Below, piece by piece: positions 56,021 through 64,000 of a stretch of DNA of 64,000 nt (positions are counted from its first letter, which is position 1; each line of letters begins with the position of its first letter). The notes under the pieces were generated by a model. It had not been told where the DNA came from. It saw nothing but the letters and a program-made list of their open reading frames with translations, and searched no databases. The stretch comes from Bacillota bacterium (GTDB lineage Bacteria; Bacillota; Sulfobacillia; Fermentithermobacillales; Fermentithermobacillaceae). The translations under genes and the position numbers were made by a program. The stretch covers positions 303 to 64,302 of the forward strand of contig JAXGOJ010000003.1 of assembly GCA_040767525.1 (NCBI GenBank). The letters run 5' to 3'.

Positions 56021-58078
56021 CTACTTGAGGGGTGGATCATAATCACCCAGGGCCTTTTCAAGGTGGGAGTCAAACCACCTTAGAATCTGGTTTAGCCTGT
56101 GTACCCTCAAGACAGGTTTGCCACCTCTGGACAGCTCATGATTGGATTCGGGAAACCTCGCCATTTCAACTTCTTTTTTGAGTTTTTTGAGTGCCACATA
56201 GAATTGCTCTCCCTGCTCAATTGGGCATCTTATGTCTTTTTCTGCATGGATAATGAGAAGGGGGGTTTTGACGTTTTCAACGTAAGCAAGGGGTGAGTGT
56301 TTCCATAATAGATCACGGTCTTTCCAGGGGACTCCTAATATCTGGGACTCTGTGAAGGTGTATCCGATGTCAGACACACCAAAGAAGGAAAGCCAGTTGG
56401 ATATGCTTCTTTGAGTCACGGCTGCCTTAAACCGGTCTGTGTGCCCTACAATCCAGTTTGTCATGAAACCACCATAGCTGCCTCCTGTTACACCCAGGTT
56501 GTCTTTGTCGACAAAGTCTTTGGTTAGGGCAAAGTCTGTCCATGTCATTAGATCGTCGTAGTCCATGCCGCCATAGTCTCCTATTACTGCATGAAGGAAC
56601 TCCTGGCCGAATCCCTGGCCTCCTCTTGGGTTGGTGTAAACCACTGTGTATCCGTTAGCTGCAAGTATCTGAAATTCGAAGAGGAAATTCCAACCATACA
56701 TAGAGGCCGGGCCCCCGTGGATTTCAAGGATAGCAGGGTACTTCTTGCCTTCCATATAGCCTATGGGTTTCATGATCCAGCCGAAACGGTCCTGCCCGTC
56801 ACTGGACCTAAACTCAAACCCCTCAGGTTCGCTCAGATAGACATTGGCAAGGAGTTCTTTGTTCTCAGAGGTCAAAAGGTTTTCCTTGCCTGAATCCAGG
56901 TGGAAAACGCCAATGTCCCCTGGCAGGGTGGGATGGGAGATAGCTGCGGCAAAGGTGTTGCCTGACCCATCCAGGGTAAAACCGAATATTTGCCTTTCGC
57001 CGCCTAACACTGGTTTTACTTCCCTACCCTCAATTGAAACTGAGAACAAGGAGGTCTTGCTATTGTCGCTTGAAAGGAAGTATACAGTTTTTCCGTCAGG
57101 GCTTACTGTGGGCCCATTTCCCGAAGGGCCGAAACGGGAATCACCGGACATGCTATCTCCTATTGACCTGTCGAAAGCCCCGGTGAGCATAACGGACTCT
57201 CCGCCTTCTGCAGGCACTTTCCAAACCCGGCTTAAGGTAGCCGAACCGTGCTCTCGCTTGTGCCCTGTATATACAATGTACTTTCCATCGGGAGTCCAGG
57301 TAGGGGACCCTGACGGCCCTTTTGTGCCAGTCAGTTTCTTGAGATCGCCGCCTTCTGAGGGTACCACAAACACGTCTACCAGCCACGGGTCATAGTCAGG
57401 CTCATCTTCGCGGTTTGCCGTCAAGGCAATATGTTTTCCATTGGGAGACCAGGCCGGGCTTTGGTGATCAAATTCGCCCGAGGTAATTTGCCTGGCCGGT
57501 TTGTCCCCTTCGGCTTCCTGAACAAAGATGTGAGTTCTTGCATTTCCAATGAGCCCTTTTGCTGAGTCAGCCTTTGCCTTGATTCTGGTCACCAAAACAG
57601 GCTCATCCAGTTTCTTCTTTTTCTCAGCTTCCCTGGCTTTGCTGTCCATTGGTTTTTGGTAGTCTTCCGGGCTGTCTTCAGGATCAAGCGAAGCAGTAAA
57701 TGCTATTTTGGTGCCATCCGGTGACCAAACAGGATTGGAAGCACCCCTTCGCATTTTAGTTACCTGAAAAGCTTCGCCTCCTGAGGTAGCTATTACCCAG
57801 ATCTGACGGTCACCGCTCCTGTCAGAGACAAAAGCAAGTCTACTTCCGTCAGGTGACCATCTCGGGCTGGTATCCATCTTGAGGCCCGATGTAAAGGGCC
57901 TGGAACTACCGGGTTCTTCGGCAGATGCGATCCAGATGGCCGACCGGTATTCTTTAGTTTTTCTATCAATTGTTGTTCTTACATAAGCTATTAGTTTCCC
58001 GTCAGGTGCTATCTGAGGATCTGACACAAACACGAACTTGTATAGATCGTCCGGGACTAGTCGTCTTTTGGGAATCAA
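56021..58078 (-). CDS. S9-family serine peptidase (acylaminoacyl-peptidase-like) with N-terminal beta-propeller
   Basis: Intact 685 aa. The propeller shows repeated SP.WSPDG motifs. The nucleophile elbow is GGSYGGFMT, with LIIHAEKDIRCP and a NHELSR catalytic-His region. Confidence 0.9.
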   Translation of the reverse strand: MIPKRRLVPDDLYKFVFVSDPQIAPDGKLIAYVRTTIDRKTKEYRSAIWIASAEEPGSSRPFTSGLKMDTSPRWSPDGSRLAFVSDRSGDRQIWVIATSGGEAFQVTKMRRGASNPVWSPDGTKIAFTASLDPEDSPEDYQKPMDSKAREAEKKKKLDEPVLVTRIKAKADSAKGLIGNARTHIFVQEAEGDKPARQITSGEFDHQSPAWSPNGKHIALTANREDEPDYDPWLVDVFVVPSEGGDLKKLTGTKGPSGSPTWTPDGKYIVYTGHKREHGSATLSRVWKVPAEGGESVMLTGAFDRSIGDSMSGDSRFGPSGNGPTVSPDGKTVYFLSSDNSKTSLFSVSIEGREVKPVLGGERQIFGFTLDGSGNTFAAAISHPTLPGDIGVFHLDSGKENLLTSENKELLANVYLSEPEGFEFRSSDGQDRFGWIMKPIGYMEGKKYPAILEIHGGPASMYGWNFLFEFQILAANGYTVVYTNPRGGQGFGQEFLHAVIGDYGGMDYDDLMTWTDFALTKDFVDKDNLGVTGGSYGGFMTNWIVGHTDRFKAAVTQRSISNWLSFFGVSDIGYTFTESQILGVPWKDRDLLWKHSPLAYVENVKTPLLIIHAEKDIRCPIEQGEQFYVALKKLKKEVEMARFPESNHELSRGGKPVLRVHRLNQILRWFDSHLEKALGDYDPPLK

Positions 58079-58317
58079 ATCAGTACCTCCTTTGCCTGGA
58101 ACCAGAGTCTGTACTACTGGAACAGTTATAGTTGAATTTCCCCATACGAAGCTTTTATCCCTTCTTTTCTAAAAGAGTTCAAAAACAGGATAAAAGAGCT
58201 TTGCTAATGGCCCGAAAAGGAACTCTGTCGTTTTGAGTCGAAAATATCTTTTGTATGTATAGATGCCCCTTCGCTTCGCGCAAAGGGTAGCTGCCGGGAG
58301 AAATGGAGGAATATGTG

Positions 58318-59775
58318 ATGACAGGCAAAGCGGGCTCTGAGATCCCAGGAGTTGTGGCGGAAACAGGATTTTCCTGGATTAAACGAAATGCCAGGGATCT
58401 GGCACGGCTTAGTGATGAAATATGGGAATATGCCGAATTGGGCCTTCATGAGTACCAATCGGCAAAAGCTCTTGAAAGATTCCTCAAGGAAAACGGGTTC
58501 GAGATAGAAAGCGGTGTAGCAGGTATGCCTACCGCGTTTGTGGCAAAGTGGGGAAGGGGCAATCCTGTACTGGGGTTTCTGGGTGAGTATGATGCTCTTC
58601 CCGGGGTCTCACAAAAAGTACTTGCTGAACGGGAGGAATTGGTTCCAGGAGGGCCCGGGCATGGCTGCGGGCACAACTTACTTGGTGTGGCAGCAGCTGC
58701 CGCAGCGGTAGCCCTAAAAGAAGAGCTTTCAAGCAGGGGACTTCAAGGCACAGTGAAGTACTACGGATGTCCGGCAGAGGAGAATTTCAGCGGAAAGGCG
58801 TTTATGGCCAGGGATGGCTACTTCGAAGGCCTGGATGTGTGTCTTACATGGCACCCGGGTTCAATGAACATAGTTCGGGGCGGCAGTTCTTTGGCGGTCA
58901 AGTCCATGATTGTTACTTTCCACGGAATTGCATCACACGCAGCAGGATCGCCTCACCTTGGTAGAAGTGCACTTGATGCTGTTGAGATCATGAACGTGGG
59001 CGCCAACTACTTAAGAGAGCATATTATCGAAAAAGCCCGAATCCATTATGTTACCACCAACGGAGGGCTACAGCCTAACGTAGTCCCGTCAGAAGCATCG
59101 GTTTGGTACTATGTAAGGGCACCACGAATGGATCAACTGGAAGAGATCTACGAAAGAGTCTTAAAGTGTGCAGAGGTGCCGCCACAATGACAGAGACTAC
59201 CTACGATGTTCAGGTGCTGGAGGCAATATATGAGGTATTGCCCAATGAGGTTTTGCAGCAGGTGTTGAGAGATGCTATGGAAATCGCAGGGCCTCCGGAT
59301 TTTAGCCAGGAAGACCTTGGTTTTGCCAGGCAATTGGAGCCCACTTTCCCCAGGACCCTTGAAGAAGTCATAATTGACGAAAAGCTTCAGAAAGCGAGAA
59401 GGCAAAACTCAAGGGCAAGGTTCTAAACGATGAAGTGCTGGGACACCCGGAAATCACTCCTGAATCAGAGGATCTACTGACGTAGGTGAGGTTAGCTGGT
59501 GTGTTCCAACAGAGCAATTTAATGCCGCCTGCGTCGCTCTGGGTACTCCAGGACATTCATGGCAATATACGGCCCAGGCAGGTATGAGTATCGGCCACAA
59601 AGGCATGCTGGCTGCTGCCAGGACTCTTGTCCAGGCCGGACTAGCCCTTGTCAGTGAGGAAGAGCTTATCCAAAAGGCCAGGGAAGAGTTTGAGAAGCGC
59701 ACCGGTGGAAAACCTTACAAGAGCGCTCTCCCGGCTGACGTTATGCCGGCTTTTGACATGTTTCAGGAAAAATAG
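58318..59775 (+). pseudogene. M20D-family amidohydrolase (AbgB/aminobenzoyl-glutamate utilisation-like), three frame changes
   Basis: ATG 58318 follows GGAGG. GEYDALPG...GHGCGHNLLG lies in frame 1 up to ~59180. GAATMTETTYDVQVLEAIYEVLPN is in frame 3. KGKVLNDEVLGHPEITPESE is in frame 2. STDVGEVSWCVPTEQFNAACVALGTPGHSWQYTAQAGMSIGHKGML returns to frame 1 and runs to 59775. Confidence 0.7.
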
Positions 59776-59886
59776 GAACCAAAAGGCAGGTTTTAGCTGA
59801 TAAGAGCAGGGTGGCATGGCATAGACCCCAAGTATGTGTGCCCTGCTGCCCGGTTCTGTTTTCGCAGCAGCCCTGTACCGGTATTT

Positions 59887-60522
59887 CTATGGATTGACTT
59901 CACGGATGGGAATGTATTTTCCTTCTGATATTGTGAAATTTCCCAGGCCTGACGTGATATCCCTTATACGGGCCTGTAGCATGGGAGCGGTCTCAGGAAT
60001 AGCAAAGAATTCCACAGTGACTTTGTCAGTGTATGAGATGTTATGGATGAAAGACCCTGCTATCTCAATCTCCCGTTGCACCCTTCCAAACTGGTCATAA
60101 TCGACAATTGCAGTCAAAAAGTCATGGTACATGTAAACGGCAAGCCCGGCTTGATCCAAAGCCATTGATGCTGCATTGCTGTATGCTCTGACCAATCCGC
60201 CTGCACCGAGTTTGGTGCCTCCAAAATATCTTGTGATTACACACACCACGTTTCGCAGCTCCCTTTTTTTAATCACGTCAAGAACTGGATATCCTGCTGT
60301 ACCCCGGGGTTCACCGTCATCTGAGGCTCTTTCGGCAAAGGTTCCTATTCCTACAGAGTATGCATATACATTATGGGTTGCAGCTGGGTTAGCGATTTTC
60401 ACTGATTCAATATGCCCAAGAGCTTCTTCTTCTGAAAAAGCAGGGAAGACGTGGCCAATGAACCGGGACTTTTTTATGACCGTTTCGATTTTCGCTTGCT
60501 TCATGGGAGCAATAAATTCCAT
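59887..60522 (-). CDS. yigZ: YigZ/IMPACT-family protein (UPF0029)
   Basis: IKKSRFIGHVFP, ATHNVYAY, SDDGEPRGTAG.P and VVVTRYFGGTKLGAGGLVRAY-like motifs are present. ATG 60522 is the probable start. Confidence 0.85.
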   Translation of the reverse strand: MEFIAPMKQAKIETVIKKSRFIGHVFPAFSEEEALGHIESVKIANPAATHNVYAYSVGIGTFAERASDDGEPRGTAGYPVLDVIKKRELRNVVCVITRYFGGTKLGAGGLVRAYSNAASMALDQAGLAVYMYHDFLTAIVDYDQFGRVQREIEIAGSFIHNISYTDKVTVEFFAIPETAPMLQARIRDITSGLGNFTISEGKYIPIREVNP

Positions 60523-60832
60523 GTAAACACCGCCCAAAGCCGCCATACATATCCTGAACTGCCCGAAGTAAAGTCTATCAGATTATCGGTGTTTCTGCCC
60601 AATGCTTCTTTCACTTGCCTGAATACAAGCCGGCTGGACATACAAAATCTTCAGGGGCATCCCTGAGATATAGCTGGAAAAATACATGCAACCAAGGAAC
60701 ATATTTCAATCCGGCACGTCCTTACACTCAGGTGCACCAAGTAGTAAGGAGAGCAAAAATGCGCCTGGAACCAGGTAGCCACAAAGTACGCGTGGTAACG
60801 CACAGGAAATTTGTGATTGGGAGGTAGAATAG

Positions 60833-61570
60833 ATGTTGCATACAGATGGGAAAAGCATTGGGAGGCTGGTTCTTCCCGCCTTATTGGTGGCCTGTCTTTT
60901 GATACTGGTAAGCACGGATGTTCCAAGAGTCCACGCTGAGGAATCTGATAAGAGGTTGATCTCAGTAACAGGCCAGGCTGTAATCAATGTTAAGCCGGAT
61001 ATGGCAAGTGCGAGTTTCGGGGTAGAGGTAAATGCGCCTACGGCACAGGAAGCTCAAAAACTGAATTCAACGGAAATGAACAAAGTTATCTCGGCTCTTC
61101 AGCAAAAAGGTATAGCCAAAGAGGACATACAGACTTCAAACTTCAGTCTTTACCCTGTCTATGAATCTGAGGAAGGCAGACCTTATACGCGGTATGCTGT
61201 AACCGGTTACCGGTGCAACAATACAGTTACAGTGAGAATCAAGGACATTTCCAGAGTTGGGAGTGTAATTGATGCTGCCATAGGCGCGGGAGCAACCAAT
61301 GTAAACAGTATTTCCTTTGGCATCCAGGATTCCGGGCAATTCGAGGATGAAATACTTGCAAAAGCTGTTCAAGATGCCAGGCGCAAAGCGGATATTATGG
61401 CAAAGGCCGCAGGTGTGAACATAACCGGTATCTTCAGGATGTCTGACGGCTGGGTATCTGTTTCATCTGTCCGCGCCGCCAAGGAAATGATGTTGGTTGA
61501 TGACTCGTCTCCTATTGAGCCCGGTGAGGTGGGGATAAGAGGTACAGTAAGGATAGACTATACTTTCTAA
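60833..61570 (+). CDS. SIMPL-domain (DUF541) secreted protein
   Basis: 245 aa with a signal peptide. The sequence contains ISVTGQAVINVKPDMA, TSNFSLYPVY and a C-terminal IRGTVRIDYTF. Confidence 0.8.
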   Translation: MLHTDGKSIGRLVLPALLVACLLILVSTDVPRVHAEESDKRLISVTGQAVINVKPDMASASFGVEVNAPTAQEAQKLNSTEMNKVISALQQKGIAKEDIQTSNFSLYPVYESEEGRPYTRYAVTGYRCNNTVTVRIKDISRVGSVIDAAIGAGATNVNSISFGIQDSGQFEDEILAKAVQDARRKADIMAKAAGVNITGIFRMSDGWVSVSSVRAAKEMMLVDDSSPIEPGEVGIRGTVRIDYTF

Positions 61571-61773
61571 GCGTAAGAGAAGCGATTTTGGTATCTGACT
61601 CACTTGTTTTGCCCCTCCCTGGTATTGCCAGAGGGGGGCTTTTTGTTTCTATACCGGTGACAAGGTCTAAGCAGGAACAAGGACTTTTATTGTGGAAACT
61701 AAACTTGCTTTACAGCAATAAAAAAAGTCCCAATATAAGAAGCAGTCATACTGTAAGGGTGGTGCATACACAC

Positions 61774-62634
61774 GTGGACATTATTGTGCGAAGAGCAAAG
61801 ATAGAGGATAAGGCCCGGGCATTAGACGTTGAATCGAAGGCAACGCCTAATCTCCGGTACCTTGATGTTATGTTTGAACACTGGGTGCATGATACCCAGG
61901 GAGATTTCAGTGTAGCCGAAATAGACGGCGTTCTAGTTGGGGTGGCCAAGCTAACAGTGCTGCCAGATGGTTCAGCCTGGCTAGAGGCCCTGCGCGTTGC
62001 TCCTTTTGCCCAGGGAAAAGGCGTGGGTAAGCAATTCTATCAACACTTTTTCACGGTTGCCAGAGAGCGGGGAATACCTTCAATGCGAATGTACACAGGG
62101 GTTAGAAATGCTGTTAGCAAAGGACTGGCAGAGAGGTTCGGATTTCGGCTGGCTGCAACTTACCGGGGCGCCTCCAGGGAGGTGCAGCCTTCTGGTTCGG
62201 GTAGGCAGGCCGACAACTTTGTGCCAATTCTTGATTCAGCTCGTTCCAAAGAACTACTGCTGCCGTTTAGCAGGCAATGGACCGGCTTCATGGTAATGAA
62301 TCGCACTTTTTACCCAGTGACACCCGCGCTGTGTGAAACCTGGTCTGAGGAAGGCAAAATATACACTGATGAAGCCAGTGACAGTTTGCTGGTGATTGGA
62401 GCTCGTTTTCAGGCCGATAAGGCATTGCACATAGCATGTTTGGGCGGAGATATGGATAAATGCCTCGCCTTTGCCGAACAAAAAGCGAAGGAACTCTGCG
62501 TACCTAAAATCTCGTGTTTATTCCCCCATGCTGAGACCGGAATCCAGCAGGCTTTGTTGAATCAAGGGTACCGGTTGGATGGGCCGGACTACATCGTGAT
62601 GGAAGTTTCAGTTCAGAACCAGTGTTTGGGATAA
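61774..62634 (+). CDS. GNAT-family N-acetyltransferase with C-terminal extension
   Basis: GTG 61774 (or 61762) gives MDIIVRRAKIED.... RVAPFAQGKGVGKQFYQHF is an acetyl-CoA-binding motif. The listed 348-aa ORF over-extends upstream. Confidence 0.65.
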   Translation: MDIIVRRAKIEDKARALDVESKATPNLRYLDVMFEHWVHDTQGDFSVAEIDGVLVGVAKLTVLPDGSAWLEALRVAPFAQGKGVGKQFYQHFFTVARERGIPSMRMYTGVRNAVSKGLAERFGFRLAATYRGASREVQPSGSGRQADNFVPILDSARSKELLLPFSRQWTGFMVMNRTFYPVTPALCETWSEEGKIYTDEASDSLLVIGARFQADKALHIACLGGDMDKCLAFAEQKAKELCVPKISCLFPHAETGIQQALLNQGYRLDGPDYIVMEVSVQNQCLG

Positions 62635-62777
62635 TGGGATTTTACGAATATGGGCAAAGGTTACCATGGTTGCCTTACGCGCAGGCCAGGTGTTACAATA
62701 TTTTGTGTACAGAAATATATTATTGGCGTAAGATTAGCCGCTAATTTGCCTGACTAATTAAACCGGATGGTGACCCA

Positions 62778-64000
62778 ATGGACAGATCAGCCCATGATGA
62801 CTTTGTTTCTGACAATTCCGTGAGTCTGGAAGATGCCGGAATTGAGAAGGGGATGGTGAAAGAAGAAGCATTAAGAGACTCCAGGACTGGTGAAGTGTTT
62901 CATAGTGCTAATGATGAAGCCCTGGCTAAACAACCGGCCAAAGGCCTGGTTGAGGACAGGGCTGCCATCAGAAAGAAAATAATTAACCTTGCACTTCCGG
63001 CACTGGTAGAGCAGACTCTTATGACCATGGTTTCTATGGCCGACATGATCATGGTAGGGAGGCTGGGACCCTGGGCTATTGCGGCCGTCGGACTCTCAAG
63101 CCAACCTATGTTTGTTGCCATGTCGGTTTTCATAGCCCTCAATGTGGGTGCAACTGCACTTGTGGCTCGTTTTGTTGGAGCCGGAGAGCCTGACGAAGCA
63201 TCCAAGGTTGCAAGACAGGCTCTTATGATTGCTGTGATCATGGGATTGGCCCTGGCAGTCATAGGCGTATCTTTTTCAGGGCAAATCCTGCATTTTATGG
63301 GTGCTGAGGAGGATGTTATCGGCCCAGGTACCGGATATTTGAAGGTTGTTTGTTTGGGTTTGCCTGTATGGGCTGTGACCATAAGCCTGACGGCAGCACT
63401 CAGAGGTGCAGGTGATACAAGGACCCCTATGACAGTGAATATCGTGGCCAACCTGGTTAATGTGATCGGCAACTACCTGCTCATCCACGGCCACTTAGGC
63501 CTTCCCAGGCTTGAGGTTACAGGAGCCGGGTTGGCGACTACCATATCCAGGGTTGTAGCGAGTGTGCTTATCCTCACAAAAGTGCTTAAGGGCGGCAAAG
63601 TCATTAAGATATCAATTCATGATTCTTTCCGTTTCGATTCACAGATTATCAAGAGAATACTCAATGTAGGAATCCCGGCTGCCATTGAGCAGGTTGTTAT
63701 GCGCAGCGGGCAAATGACTTTTGCCAGAATAGTCTCAAGCCTTGGAACAAATACTTACGCTGCCCACCAGATTGCTTTGAACATTGAAGGTTTTACTTTT
63801 ACGCCGGGGATGTCTTTCCAGATTGCGTCTACTACCCTTGTGGGCCAGAGTCTGGGGGCCAGGAATCCTGACAGAGCAGAGCAGGTTGGCTGGGAAGCAG
63901 TCAGAATTGGTGCTTCCATCGGTGTCATTGTTGGAATTTTGTATTTTGCTTTCGGCAGCCAACTGGCCCATTTGTATACAGATGACCCTGCTGTAACAGC
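62778..64000 (+). CDS. MATE-family efflux transporter, N-terminal ~407 aa. The 3' end lies outside the window.
   Basis: This ORF is not in the supplied track because it has no stop in the window. I translated it by hand from ATG 62778. The sequence LALPALVEQTLMTMVSMADMIMVGRLGPWAIAAVGLS...ALRGAGDTRTPM...GIPAAIEQVVMRSG is canonical MATE (NorM/DinF-like). A ~60-aa hydrophilic N-terminal extension makes the true start uncertain. Confidence 0.8.
   Translation, partial: MDRSAHDDFVSDNSVSLEDAGIEKGMVKEEALRDSRTGEVFHSANDEALAKQPAKGLVEDRAAIRKKIINLALPALVEQTLMTMVSMADMIMVGRLGPWAIAAVGLSSQPMFVAMSVFIALNVGATALVARFVGAGEPDEASKVARQALMIAVIMGLALAVIGVSFSGQILHFMGAEEDVIGPGTGYLKVVCLGLPVWAVTISLTAALRGAGDTRTPMTVNIVANLVNVIGNYLLIHGHLGLPRLEVTGAGLATTISRVVASVLILTKVLKGGKVIKISIHDSFRFDSQIIKRILNVGIPAAIEQVVMRSGQMTFARIVSSLGTNTYAAHQIALNIEGFTFTPGMSFQIASTTLVGQSLGARNPDRAEQVGWEAVRIGASIGVIVGILYFAFGSQLAHLYTDDPAVT

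Noticed and set aside
60759-60827. 22-codon ORF (MRLEPGSHKVRVVTHRKFVIGR*) with a strong TAAGGAGAG RBS just upstream of the SIMPL gene.
   Set aside because: It may be a real upstream ORF, but I have no conservation or structural evidence. It is too short to support from sequence alone.

Overview
This 64 kb segment appears to come from the chromosome of an endospore-forming, probably anaerobic Firmicute. Supporting genes are a GerA-type germinant receptor operon, cotJA-cotJB-cotJC, hcp, feoB, a LarA homologue and a DUF134/Mrp/NifX-like cluster. Most genes concern peptide and amino-acid uptake and catabolism: several peptidases (S66, S9 x2, S15, M16, M20 x2), an Opp/Dpp-type and a polar amino-acid ABC transporter, gcvPA/gcvPB, and split FtcD genes. 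The rest are small regulators (DtxR-like, Rrf2), one VapBC toxin-antitoxin pair and assorted conserved unknowns. I found no rRNA, tRNA, CRISPR array, cas gene, transposase, integrase or phage gene, and no locus I can call a recognisable defence or mobile system. Five observations stand out. (1) Between about 31.8 and 45.6 kb nearly every gene is broken by many small frameshifts, while gcvPA in the middle is intact. Further isolated frameshifted genes are aroM, feoB, an ABC ATPase and an M20 amidohydrolase. This is either real gene decay or local assembly error, and I cannot tell which from the sequence alone. (2) A 29-bp concentric palindrome (TGAAACGTTAGGACCGTCCCGGCGTTTCA) occurs three times. 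One copy is flanked by 21-bp direct repeats and supplies the last codons and the stop of an MscS gene. (3) There is a three-gene membrane-protein operon of unknown function. (4) There is an orphan 73-aa protein with nine cysteines after a Gly-Gly. (5) There is a stand-alone HIRAN-domain protein. All functional calls rest on motif and family recognition by eye, and no database search was run.
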